Shown here: one piece after another, positions 22,401-36,000 of the stretch | How the letters are laid out: each line of letters starts with the position of its first letter | How positions within the stretch are numbered: position 1 is the first letter of the stretch | Assembly: GCF_964204865.1 (NCBI RefSeq) | Contig: NC_135263.1 | Coordinates: forward strand, 6,634,001-6,698,000 | Source: Styela clava | Taxonomy: Eukaryota | Length of the DNA: 64,000 bases | Direction: 5' to 3' | The notes under the pieces: generated by a model | Databases searched by the model: none | Seen by the model: the letters and a program-made list of their open reading frames with translations, nothing else | Told to the model about the DNA's origin: nothing | Made by a program: the position numbers and the translations under genes

Positions 22401-25400
22401 GTTTCATGAGAATAAATAATGGTGATACCTTATTATTTGTGTACCTTTGTGTGGTTTGAATCGATATATTCAACAAACATATTGTCTTCAAAGTTCCTTT
22501 GAAATATTGTATTTGTATATCAATTCGATCCTTTTTTTCATATTTTTTTGTCCTTCATTTCAGCTTATACAGTTCTTGGTAAACTTGGTTCACCAGCATG
22601 GTATAGGAGTAAAAAGGAAGCTGTAAGTATTCTTGATGTTTTGATTAAACAGAAAACATAGCTTATCTTGCTTTTGCCTTTATCATAACTCTCATAATAA
22701 TTTTGAATTTGCTTTAATTTATGTGTGATATGATCTTAAAAAAGGATAAAGAGAAAAACCCTTTTTGATACTAGTAGATTATTTTTAACAATTTTGTCAG
22801 AAATAAAATTGTTTTGCATAATGTGCAAATTTTTTGAGGATAATACAATAATTTAACTAGACATACTCTGTAATGTATTCTGCCTTTAGATCAGGGGTCT
22901 CCAACTCAAAACATGTCGTGGGCCACTTTTTGAAATTTGTTGACCACTCGGGCCGCAAACCAAGAAATTAGGTACAAAAATGGGTATCTGAATGTATTGT
23001 GTTGAAATTACACTTAAATCTTACAGCAAACGAGACATGAAGCATATTCATTCACTTGTGCCCGATATTTGGTCTCAATGTTTGGCCTTATTCTGTGTTG
23101 GTTTGCTAGACTTAAGACAACATGCAAATGCTCGTCCGTTAGTCGTGTGCGGAGGGCTGATTTGCTAACTTTCATAGTCAGGCCGAATGTTGAAGACCCC
23201 TGCTTTAGATATTTATAAACAAGCATCAAGTTTCCATTACAACACTACTTTATTGTAAGAGTCAAGCATCTCAACATTAAGACATGTAAGACACCATAGC
23301 AGTAACAGACTAAACACCAAGTCAATACTTAAAAACGTGCACACAATGAAGAGAACCCTAACCTCGGATATACAAGGTCAAATACAGTGAGGGTCAATAG
23401 CGCCAGTGCGCCACCTAGCGGTATCACATCATATAATATATAACATACTCCTTTTCACGAATTTATTTATATTCAGGCCTTTAATGATTGAAGATGGCTC
23501 GTCAGGCTCTTCTAATTATGTTCCTGCGAAGAAATATCAGAAACCCCTCCTTGTCAGTGATGATGACAATGCTAATGATGGTCAGTTAGCACTGGAAGAA
23601 CCTACGAAACCAACTGTTTCATTTCCCGCCAGTGTGATGGAACCTCAAGACAATAATGTTAGTTTCTTGTTATATGGTTGCGTTTATATTAATATATATA
23701 TAGGTGATTAATTCTCAAACTTTCATGAACTGTTTCCAAAGACTCTCAGTCTCAACACTCGCGGATTTTTGTTTGAGTTTGAGTATGTAATTTTGCTTTC
23801 AACTAGAAAATTCAAATCCATATTCATCTAAATAACTTCCCACCTGCATTACCAGATTCGAATTTGTTAAATATACATCCACTTCTACATGTTTTGTCAC
23901 CATGCAGCCTATATCCAATATTTCATATTCCAACATATTAGTCCTTAATATACATCCATAATAGTTGGTTATTTGGTTGTAACTCTGATAATTTTCGCAT
24001 ACTAGTTTGATCGTATAACTACATAAATACAGTGGGTCAAAGTAACTCGGCTGTGTGGCGCACCTTGCTAAGTGTCAGGAATATGCTTGCGGCCTTGCCA
24101 CACACAGCACCTCTGATTACTTTGCGTTGGTACGCAGGTTCGAATCATGTGGGGGGATAATTATGTGCGAAGAGGATTGCTGGACTCTTCGCCGCCGTAG
24201 GGTCGTTTACGTAACCGCTGGTCTGTCGCATCTTCCTCCATGCATGCTCCTCCAAGTCCATGCATCTGAAAACAAAATAACTGGCTAACTGATCGCAGAC
24301 ACATGATTGACTGGTAACCAGACGAAAGACTGTGGTCCATCAAGATAAATATGTAAATCCTATACTATGCTAACTCTGATTATTTTCTAGGTTGTTGCTA
24401 TGGGCTCTGGTCCGTACATAACAGAAGTAACTACACCGCAAGGTATGTCATCTTACTCTGGTGCCAGTGATATGAATACAGCAGCCCTACAGATGCATGA
24501 TCCAGTGTTTGTCAACTCTACACTATCAAGTGCACAAGGTACTATGTTATCTAATATAAAATTATCTTTTTAGTATGGTTTGCCTTGTTGAGGTGTAGGA
24601 TTTTCATATTTTTTATCCTGGGGGAAAGCCGAAATACGACTTCACCCAGAGGTAAATCAGGGCTTTATTAGTTAACCAGTTATTTATTCCAAATGCATGG
24701 ACTTGATAGTGGAATAAGCACTGAAGCTTCGTACAAGGCTCTCTACATGCATTGATCACTGATATATAGAAGCTATTATCTATTTTTTGGAAGACCTGGA
24801 TACGCTTGATTTGAACACGAGATGTGTAGGTTTGGATGCCAATAGAGCCAAGTATGATGTATACAACACATTTTTGCCTTTCAGCACGTAACCCAGTTCC
24901 ACCCAACCCTGCATATGATGTCAACCAATACATTGAATCAACATTGAACACACCAAGTACCGTTGTTCAACCATCTGGCACAGTTACTTTTCCTGATGAA
25001 GAAGAAGATGATAATTTTGGTGGTCTCATCAACCCAGCAGCTGCATTCGGGGGAAACCAAGTTGCCATTAGTACTACACAGGTATAGTTTTTCATGACTA
25101 TCAATATTTTATGTGGGCTCTAAATTCTTGTGACCTCTTGTTCATCTATAAAAATATAGTTTAACATGTTGCCATCAGTTTTTCCACGTTTAATAATAAT
25201 AAAAGCCAGCAAATAAAAGAATTATTGTGCTACAGTCAAAGAATTGAACAAGTCTCGTTTTTAACAAATTCTTGCAAGTATACTAAAGATTTGATCTACA
25301 TAACACCATGGATTTTATTGGTTATGGGGAACAAGACAATCAAGGATGCAAGGAATTCCTAAATTGAATTTTATTCTACTTGTCAATTCACAGTCATCCA

Positions 25401-26653
25401 CATCCAACCAACAGCAACCTGCCTATTATTCCCCTCCACAACAATCAAGAATACAAAGTCCTATAACCAACGCACAGAATACTTTGACTCGATACTCACC
25501 GCCTCGGAGTCCAAAATTGTTACCGTGAGTGTTAAGATATATACTATTGCCAAATTTTTTTGCAGATACCTTTTTCAGTTCTTCAAAATTATTACTCAGT
25601 ATAGGACTAACATGCTTTTTCATTGAATGAAGGTATTCAACAATAAAATTGTAGTCATTGTTATAATACCTTAAAATATGCACATTCTGAATTTCAAATT
25701 TTATTTTATTCTATCATCACATACAGAGATTTTCCATTCATAAAAACATCTTACAGGGGTGATCTCTCATCACATGTGGACTCTGTGCAAAACAATTTAG
25801 AAAATATTCAAGATCTTTTATTTAATAATGACCAAGTACAATTGGATTATGGATTAATTCAAGAGGTTAGTACTGAAATTTTCAAAAGTTTTTTTTCCTA
25901 AAATTTATTTGTGAAAAATAATGTTTGGCATTTAATATATGGAGAAACATCCACTGGCGTTTTCATTGATGCTCACATACAGCAGCATCATCACTTGTTA
26001 ATTTTTTTCTTTACATTTTTACAGTTGTTCAGCACTTCTCCTGATATTATGCCCCCCAGAGTTGTGAGTATAAAAACTATAGGAAAAATTCAAAACTTTA
26101 TTTTTCATACAGTAGTTTTAATTATTTTTATATTTGTTTAGGATATGCCAGCAGTTTCTGGAAGCGGAAATATTACAGGTAATGATTTGCATTTCATTAA
26201 ATTGACTAGATAGATTATAGTAATATTCGTATGGATAATATACATATAGAAAGTACCGTAAGTTTAATAAGCGTAGGTAGTCCATAGCGATAAAGCATAT
26301 TTTAGATCAGGAGTGTGCAACCTTTACTACATGAGGCCAGATACAAATAACTCTGTGAAACCGCGGGCGCACCATTTGTTCTTTGTTCCCTGGTTTAGAT
26401 GGTATCGTTGAAATAAGTCTATACCTCAAATGTATTTTTTTATTTGAAGAATTTTTGCTTCATAATGATCCATCTAACTTGGCTATTGCGTGAATCAAAA
26501 ATATTAGGTATGTGATTTTAGGGAATTTATGTCACATAGTTTTTTATTTTTTTAGGAAATGAACTCATTTTGCATCCTGGCGTGTCTGCCAATAGAAACG
26601 GGTCACAAAAAGATTTGGAAGATGATTTGAAAGAACTGGAAAACTACATGTGA
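19450..26653 (+). CDS. HSF1: Heat shock transcription factor (HSF1-like), 14 coding exons
   Basis: Hand-spliced GT-AG exons: 19450-19578, 20108-20216, 20597-20721, 21253-21374, 21781-21856, 22564-22622, 23477-23657, 24391-24538, 24885-25081, 25394-25524, 25757-25865, 26025-26063, 26142-26178, 26556-26653. [11 protein letters not shown]...[24 protein letters not shown]...[63 protein letters not shown]. Confidence 0.93.
22128..22262. repeat. Inverted-repeat (hairpin) element in HSF intron 5; related arm at ~63732-63783
   Basis: actatgcaattcaagagtc...cacactaacacaaatgtatttct pairs with agaaatatatttgtgttagtgtg...gactcttgaattgcatagt. Confidence 0.7.
22892..23202 (-). mobile_element. hAT (Charlie-type) MITE in HSF intron 6
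   Basis: TIR CAGGGGTCTCCAAC / GTTGAAGACCCCTG (13 of 14) and perfect 8-bp TSD CTTTAGAT. The minus strand retains the transposase C-terminus [24 protein letters not shown]. Confidence 0.9.
23408..23421 (-). promoter_or_regulatory. CTCF-like motif
   Basis: Reverse complement CCGCTAGGTGGCGC fits the CCRSYAGRKGGCRS core. Motif match only. Confidence 0.35.
24045..24367 (+). mobile_element. tRNA-derived SINE (same family as 18795) in HSF intron 7
   Basis: actcggctgtgtggcgcacc...ggttcgaatc...gaggattgctggactc...gaaaacaaaataactggctaact...gataaatatgtaaatcctat. Confidence 0.8.
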
Positions 26654-26907
26654 AAACACCATTGACAAACCTAAAAAACGACAATGGCCGATAAAATTGA
26701 ATTTTAATAAGCTAGCCCAGAATATGTTGCACATGAGCTGCACCCCATTATCACACCATGTCAATCTGTGCATAAACTGACAAATAGTGTCGCTGTGGGA
26801 CTGAAGTACGTCTTTTATTCGTCATGCTTCTTCTATTCTTTTATTCATCACCCATAAGATTGTACAGTGAGAAAATATCATTTGCCTGCAATATGCTTGA
26901 ATTATAT

Positions 26908-27214
26908 CAGGGATAGCAAACTTCTGACCAGTATGTTTTTTTGTGATATGCCGAGAAATAATGCGAAAAAAGTACTAACATTTCAGTGATAAATAATTTC
27001 ATAAAATTGAGTCTTAGAAATTGTCTTAGTTCGGTGCTATAAGTACTGGATTTGTAAAGCTCAATACCACACAATAATAACCCAAGTTTATTATACTTGC
27101 GGAAATGATAAAAAAGCAAGTTTCTAATTGATTAAATCCATGATCCACATTATCCTTTTTCACGAAAAAAATATAACGTGCTCCCCATTCAGTAAAAAAG
27201 GTTTGCTATCCCTG
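26908..27214. mobile_element. hAT-like MITE downstream of the HSF stop codon (probable 3' UTR)
   Basis: Perfect 14-bp TIR CAGGGATAGCAAAC / GTTTGCTATCCCTG. TSD not clean. Confidence 0.65.
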
Positions 27215-28527
27215 ATTCCCTGCAATATATCATCAATTTATACAAAAGTTTCAGAGTTTACTTGTTAGAAAATCATGCGAGCTGGTGGCTTCATATAAAA
27301 TGGTGACACAGCCACTGCAGCACTTCCATTGACTGTACTTTTTTGCTAAATTAATGAAGTGAATTTGTATAAACGAATATGTCATTCATATTGCTGCATA
27401 AGTTGGCGCTCCAGATTTACACTTCATTATTTCTTGTTATCACAATGTTAAAAATATTCACCTATCAGCTCTTGTGAGTTTGTATGAACATTGGTTTAGT
27501 AGATCTGAAGCACTTTTTAATATTGAATTGTTCTTTATACTGTTGAAAAAGCAAGCTAAGCCCTGTACATTGGGCTTGCAGTGATGTCATTATATATTAA
27601 ATTTGCAAGCTCAAGGGCCTTCAAAATTAATGTAGAAAAGGTACTGAGGTGCAAATCCACATTTGCATGCTAAGAGCTATTATGTTCATCTTTGCAGTTG
27701 AGATTCTTGTGGGTAGTAGTTCACCATGAAACTTGGAAGAATCCGATTTGAAACTATCAGAGTAGGAATTTTGTTGTGAAGTAAATGTTGATCCTACATG
27801 GATTTGTACATTATCACATATGTTCCATCTCAATTCTTTTCATATATCAATGTTTCAGGGTTTTTCCAGTCTCGTTTCTTGTTTGATGAAACAGGGAATA
27901 GCTCATGTACTAAAAAGTTTTTTTGGGTTGTTCAAACAGGTTTTATGTAAATGATGAATTTTGATCATTTTTTTTATTTTGTTCCATTCAGTTTATTAAA
28001 ATCATTTGTGCCATCATCGGTCCATAATGTTTAGTTTATGGAGTAGAAATACAGTTCTTTTTTGTACCAGTTTTGCCAAATTGTGTTTGTGATGGAACAG
28101 GGGACAAATTGTGTGGTCTCCAGGCCATAGAGTCTGGTGTAAAGACTGCAACTGTTCAAACTGATTCTTTTGATGAATTCCACCGAAGGCGAGTAGTGGT
28201 TGGATTCCGTGGGTGAACTTACATCACTTCTGTGTTGAATATTAAAACAGAATTTGATGAGGGCGTGGTAAAATAGAAATGGGTCAACAATTTAATTTCC
28301 AACAGGTCACAGGACAAGATTCAAGCTTTGTACAATTTTTTGCGTTACCTGCTGCTTTCCCAGTTGTATTAAACTATAATTGATTGCCCTAAGCTAAGGT
28401 GTAAGAGCTATGACAGGTGTCATTATCATGCCCGCAGATTCCGTTAAGTAGCACACAGATCCGAGGTCGACAATCGGTCCTTCCTCGTATTGGATATGCG
28501 AGTCTTTAACTTAGACATATGTTAAAC

Positions 28528-28547
28528 CGTAAATATATACTACTACG
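28528..28547. mobile_element. 20-bp micro-insertion CGTAAATATATACTACTACG, copy 1
   Basis: Flanked by gttaaac / ggtaaac (6 of 7). An identical core lies at 40574. Confidence 0.65.
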
Positions 28548-30031
28548 GGTAAACCCATTAGTCCAGTGGGTTTATTTGAAGTGCAGTGTGTAGGGAATAT
28601 TACAGACCATCTTTGGCGCAAAAAATCGTTAGGTTAGGAAAGCTAGTCACTTTTTCATAGCTTTGCAAATGAAGGTACGGGATTTTCCTGTCATTTATAA
28701 AGCTCGCGATATTTAGTACTATTTTTTCTATAAAAAACCCATAGATGCGTATCTTCTTTTCTTCCCACAGTTCCCAATTTTCCCCGATAATTTTCTCATT
28801 CCCACAGATCACTCGAAAGTGCGACTCACGTCAGTCACGTGAATGCACTGAATTCACATTTCCTAGTTACAGCATTTCATTATTGTGCCCCCGTCGCTCC
28901 CGCTTCACAGCTTACTGGGCTTAGGTGCAGTTCCGGTTGATCATTTAGTCAGTGTGTTGCGAAGAATAAAAAGTAGTCTTGACAAAATGACCTATGTTTC
29001 ATAAATTTAGAAAAATTGTTTTGTCAAATTGGGATAGAATTTATACATTTATGCTTTATAAATGCCATTTGAAAAACAACTACTAACACTGTTTTTTTTT
29101 GTTTTTATGCATCTATTGTAAAGTTTATCTCGAACCCATAATCGGAACAACAGGCAATAACAATAAAAAAGCTGATTAGGAAATCAATACAGCCTACAAA
29201 ACCTTACTAGACAGTTAAAACGTACCGGTACCGGTACAGAGTATAAGTAAAGATGGAAATTTTGCAAAAAAGATGTACGTGTTAACTCACCTAAAGCTAT
29301 TAAATTAATTCACACATACATACAACCACAGAGATATAAAGTAAGAAGAACAATGATAAACCTGGCAAATTACATAGTAAACAAAAATATTAGGAAAATA
29401 AATAAAAATTACTTGGCCACATGGTATTAATAATTTTGTAATGGTTGCCACTGCCAAATTGATCGCTTTCCCGTTGAAAAAAGTTTATTAAATAAGAATA
29501 TACAGCCAAGCTGATTATAGGTGAAGTCAAATTTCCCAACCAAAGTTGCGAGAATTTGAACAAATAAATGATTAACCAATATGTAATAGACTAACAAACG
29601 AGAACCCTTGATTTGCCATAGGCCTATGACTGTATGATTAGGCTCCGGGCCATTCTCTTCTTCTCCTGCTGCAGCAATATGAAAATCTTAAAATAAATCT
29701 TAAATAACAATTTTTTGAATTGCTTTTGAAAAAAGTCGCTGAGATTTTGAAAGCCATTTCGAATATGTTCTGAATCCACTTAAAATCTGAAAATGGACGA
29801 AGAAAGAGATTTTTAGTTTGCAGTTTTTCAATGTTTTTAGAACATTTTTAAATATTTTGTTCTTACTTTCAGATTGTTTTGTTATCTGGGAGTGTGTTGT
29901 TACTATGATGCACCATAATATGCAATAGCTAGACCTAAGTTCGGAAGTTGTTCTTGCCCAGTTATATTTATTGAAGCTGTTATAAATTAGTTCTTCGATA
30001 AAAATTTGATGTAATCAATTTGGACTGTACG

Positions 30032-33000
30032 ATGGCTAACAATGATCCTAATTATCCTCTCACAACAACAATTGTACGTCTACTTCATGATAAGCTGTAT
30101 GAAAAGCGAAAGATTGCTGCATTAGAAATAGAAAAGTAAGTAGGGCCTACATTCATAGCCAATATGGGACACTTCTCTGTTTTAAATACTGTCCTGATAT
30201 GTCCATATATATAACCTAGGACTGGAAATTTCACTGAAAACAGTGAACCTGGCAAAATTGACCAGTTAAACCCTGTTGGCGACAAAGGTGCAGCACGAAC
30301 GTCGCTGAACTTTTGATGTATAAAAATGGGAAAATATGACTTGTTAGTTAGCTAATATTCGAACACTCTGCTTGGTAACTCTCTTACAAACTATTTGAGT
30401 ATATTTGGGAGTATTTTATTAATATTGATTATGACAAATGAAACTTTTGAACTTATGTGACAAATTTAAATTGAAGTATACCGATAATTATATTTGCTGG
30501 AATAATTTAAGCGGATGGCTTCAAGTTTCAAAAAATTTTGTTAAATCTTGTGTGTTGACAAGTGGCCATCAATTGGTCTGGGTTTAAAGCTATACATGTT
30601 ATAGATTTGATTTTAGATATTGCATATGTCTGTATGTCCATTTTCAGATTTAGCAATACGGATCCATAATTTACAGAAAAGTGATTTTCTCAAAACCTTC
30701 TTAAGATGTGACATAGGCCAATTTGATCCTACTGCTGCGAATTGACTTGATAAACTTGTGTTTAATCGTTCTTTCCCAACTGAGAGGGGGATGTTTTTGA
30801 TCCCAATTCGGTTTTTGTATCTGTAAAAAAGTAATTATATTTTACTCCTTTTTCCTAGAATCATTCGAGCCTTGGTGCTGGAGAGAAGGAATGATGATGT
30901 TAAAAAAGCAATCACATTGTTGACAAGTGATTTTACTCTTTCAAATAATTCGAACAGTAGGAAAGGTGGATTGATTGGACTTGCTGCTTGTGCTATTGCA
31001 CTTGGCAGTCAGGTGAAGATTTCTCTAAAATACACAAATTATCAAGATGTTTTGTGGGAGCTGGAGCCAAGCTTACCATAATAGATGGATATAGAACTGA
31101 AGCTACTAAAAATTGTAGTGGCTCCAGCTCCTAACCATCTATTTGTATTTTCACTTACTCATTTTTTTTTTTCCTTTACTAGAATATTATAAAATAAGAA
31201 AATTGATTTTTTCACCTTATTCTCTCGTTTTAATTTAATTTCTAATAGGCTATTCATTTGAAATTTTCAAGTTAAATTTGTATAATGTGCACTTGGGCTG
31301 ATGTTTCATGGTCGTAAAAATAAGGCTCGGATTTTGAAGCGAGAACCATGGCATGAATGTTCGGAGCTGCAGCCAAAGCCATTATGATTTCAATCCTCAA
31401 CTGCCCTGCTCCCTTTGAGAGCGTTAATTAGTTGTGTCTAATCACATTGTGTTATACATGCCACATTTGACCTGGGCAATAATCAAAAGTTCTGTTACTC
31501 TCTATTGAAAACCCTCAATTTATCTGCTTTTTATATACATTTTGCAGGATATCACACAATACTTGGATGAATTGATTAATCCTGTATTAATTTGTTCAAT
31601 GGATGCAGATAACAGAATTCGGTATTTTGCTTGTGAATCTCTATATAACATTGTTAAAGTTTCAAGAGCAGATACAATGCCTTTCTTTAATAAACTTTTT
31701 GATGCAATGAGCAAGGTGAGGCTTTTTTCAATGCTTGGTTTAGATTAGTTGTTCTCAATTAAACTATCAGGATCTGTGGCCCATTTCCAAAGTATCCTCA
31801 CACTCATTGCCCTCTGAACTTTAACAAAAAAACGCAAATGGTACCTATATAATTTTTCAATATACCTTTTTAATATAGTTACATTCACAATATTTTTTTC
31901 CATTTAAATTTTCTATATCGGAAATTAGTTCCTGCATCTGGCATTGTCAGTAAAATGATATTACTGTAGCTATTCTGATATGCATAAACATGATTTTTAT
32001 CTATTTTATTTAGCTAACTGCTGATCCGGATCCTAATGTACGAAATGGTTCGGACTTGCTTGATCGTTTACTCAAGGTATAAAGTAAAATATTTCGTTCA
32101 ATCAGTATTGTTTAACTTTGAATCTGTCTTTGTAACTTATGTACCAATTGATTTTGGGTACTATAAGATGGAAGCTATGACCTTTATTAATTCATTTTCC
32201 ATTTGAATCCTATGGGACCATTATTTGATGCCAAATTGTTGGATTTTATAATTCAGGCAATCATATGCCCTTTTGTACTATGTTTTCTAATATTTAATAC
32301 ATTTGGTAAATTCTTTTAACATTGACATTTGCTGACATTGTAGTGGAACCACATTAGTGATGTATTGCTAGTTTGCCTAAACATGTTATGATTTTAGGTG
32401 GAATAAAAAATGCTCAGTCAGGAATTTTATATTTTCCAATTTCCAATGCTTTACTTATTATTGAGACATGCGTCAAATATGACTCTTTTAAGTACTATCC
32501 AATATCCATATGTTGTTCTTATATTAGCAAAATTGTTTTCTTATAGGACATTGTGACAGAATTTCCAGCTTTTGATGTTGCTGGATTTATGCCGTTGTTA
32601 TGTGATAGAATTTATACGATGAATCAATACACAAGGCGATTTCTGATTCAGTGGTTGATCTGCCTTGATTCTGTGCCTGAAATCAACATTCTGATATATT
32701 TACCCAAATTCCTGGACGGTATGTTTCAAATACTTGGTGACACGAGCATGGAGATTAAAAAAATGTGAGTGTTTTTTCTCATTTGCAATAAACAGGTAAG
32801 CTATACCATATTTTCAGGCTATTTAGCTGAGTCCTTTTTTCTTGGTTCACCAATATACTCTCTATTTTTTTCTCAAATTCTATTTTCCTCTTTTTTTTGG
32901 TAAAAAAATCATGGCATAGAATTTATTTTGCTTGGTAGGTATACTGACTGTAATCTGGCAAATGATAATATTAAACATAGTAACTTATCATATGGCCCAA

Positions 33001-36000
33001 ATTGAAATATGTTATTATGCAACATTCCCCATATGATTTTAATGTGTATCATCGTGATATTGTTTAATAAGGCAATGTTTCCTGGAAGCAGCAAAATCAA
33101 TTTGTGCTATTCAACGCTTCCTGATTGTGTCCTGTTATTTTCGTTATGAGTATTTGTCATATCGCAATATAGTAATATATACGTTACATATCGGCCCAGT
33201 GGATATGACTTGAAATGATTTTAAGGGGTTATCAAATTTGGCTGTCTGCTCCCTTGGAGGCCATGAGCTAAGACCCCTACAGATATCATTATTTTAAAGT
33301 AAATAGATTTATTAAATTCTTCGACTGTAATGCATTTGTTCTTTTTGATTATATTTGTTGGCTATTTAATTTTTAAACATGAGGCATTAAATAACTGACG
33401 AAGCCTGTCAAAATCTAAACTAGGTATTTTTATATGAGAGCAGTGTGCCACCACTATTCAGTTTTTGGTAGGGCAACCGATCATGAAAGTTCGGGAACCA
33501 CTGGTTTAGAGCATATTATTGTGTTTTTGCTCAAAGTTAATGCAATATACAGTCTGGTAATATTTTTGTCTGTATGGAATCTGTTAAGTAGTTGACCTTC
33601 ACTGGTTTCTGACGCCTTGTAATTTGTACGTGTAATTTTCAGGTGTGAAACGACACTGGATGAGATTTTACAAAATATTAAAAAAGATCCAGAATCAGTC
33701 AAGTTCAATGAGATGGTTAATATTGTCATCGTACATTGCCAATCTCAAGGTATGATATTAAATTATCACAAACTTCATAGCATTATTTGCGAGAGGATTG
33801 CTTGACTCCTCCTCGTCATTTGATGGTTCACATAATCGGTAGCCGGTTACGACTTCGTCCAACATACCCGAGGTCGTGATTTGCTATCTGATTTGGTATT
33901 GGTTTTCCTCTACATGGGATAAATATAAAAATACAGCAAATTTCAGGCAGAAATTATCTCGCACATAATTAATTATATGAGTTAATCAGAATGTGGGTAA
34001 TGGCAATTAATATTCAGCAGAATGTGTGAGTCAACCGCCGCCCATCAAATTCAAAAAAACTAAATTCGTCTCAAATCATATATTTACTGCTTATTAGATG
34101 GGTAGGTCATTTGAAAAGACGTAAGATTGCAAAAAAAATCCAGAAGAATAAATCATTCTAATAAAAGTCATTTATAAATGCAATGAATTGTCTTAAGAAG
34201 TCAGAAACTATCAATGTATACACAATTCACGATCAATTTCCATTATGTTATTTCACCAGATGATTTCATCAAGGTAAAGGCTTTGTTGTGGATGCAGGAA
34301 TTCATAAAACTTGCCGGTCCAATTGTTCTACAATATGCATCTGGTGTGGTGGGTGCAGTACTACCAACACTTGCATATGAAGATTTAATGCATAATAATA
34401 TCCTCTTCAAATATCTTATCATGATTTTTCACTAGGAATATTTGAATGGAGTGTAGATATGGATCATTATTATGAAAAAGATGCTTCTCTCCACAATTAA
34501 CAGACTAAAAATTTCAAGTACTCGAAGTCTAGGACGCAAGGAAGGCTTTTTACCTAATAATTCACCTAAAATTTGCTGTTTTAATCCAATTAACAATTCG
34601 TTTCTCTATATTCGAGCATTGGTTTTTGTGTTATTAATTTTTTCAGAATTCAGACTAGCCTGTTTTGTTTCAAAATCATGTTCAATTAAAGTTAGATTTA
34701 TATCTGATATTGCTACATACTGAACAAATAACTTCAAAGCTGGTGAGAAATTGTTAATACAAAAGTATACCTTTACTCTGCTTCGTAATAAAAAGTATAT
34801 TTTGTTCTTAACTGACCAACACGCGTGCATGAAGCTGCAAAATCTGCCAATTCAAGTTTAATGAAATTGATTGATAATTCTTGTGATAAATCTGAAGGAT
34901 CAAGTGGCGAGGACAGGTTTGCTAGTGTATTATTTTTTTTTTACTCAGTTCTAATCTTAACAGAATTTTATCAACAAGGCTGTGGAGTCTGGGAAAAATT
35001 TTAGGCTTTGACTCTGGGTTGAGAAAATTTTGGACTCTTCGACTACTGGCGCTTTGGTTGTAAGAAATTATGACTCCGAACTCCGATATAAATCAAACAA
35101 AATAACAGAAACTTTTGGCTTATACAAGCTTTCTTTGGTAGACTGTTAAGAATGCATGGTGAACCTTGGGCTTTTTGAGTTTCTGTGGAGAATTTTGAAT
35201 TTTATTTCTCCATTGAAAGTCTGTAATTCTGAGACTGACTCCACAGCCCGGTTATCAACAGCATTCAACACCATATTTAAATAAAAGATTTGGTACCTAA
35301 TTTATGAATAAATGAGCCGATGGTACTGAGTAGAAAGAAGTAAGTTGGAATGTGTAGCTTATGACCAAGATCTTATATTAACAGCTAGTTTTGATATAAT
35401 TGGCTTTTTTCCAAGCTCTTTTTTCATGTTGTAAATAGTATTGTTGTTTCGTCAGATGAAACGTTACACAAAGAAATTTATGTGTGATGGAAGATATTTG
35501 AATCCACTGAATATGTTTTTATGAGTCCTGATTTTTTTTCATTTTTCAGTCCACTGCCTTTGAATGACATGTTTCAAGTATTTACAAGGTATTTACAACA
35601 TCAATCAACTTCAACTAAAACTGCTGTTATCAGATGGATAACTCATTTGTTGGTGCAGATTCCCTACAGGGTAAATGATTTTCGCTGATGCTTTGTTGTG
35701 TTTTATGAAAGATAATTATAATTATGAAATATAGTATCTGTAAGTTTGGGAATTTTTAACCACACTTTGTTCCTAAAATAAGTTTTAGTTCAGAATATTG
35801 GTTGTGTGGTGTGTTGTAGCTGTTCACTTATTTGTATTTTTGATTGGTGCCAAGTGGTACCTGATTCAATTCCATTTATAAATACTAAGCTGATAATCGT
35901 ATTCCCTTTATTTTTGCTCCTTATAGTAAACAAACATATTTTTTATTGAATTTTAGACATTCATGTATATTGATGAAATCTTCACACATTTAATGAATAC

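Noticed and set aside
27600-29300. Minus-strand gene between HSF and VAC14
   Set aside because: Some splice-like sites and short frames, but no recognisable protein and frequent stops.
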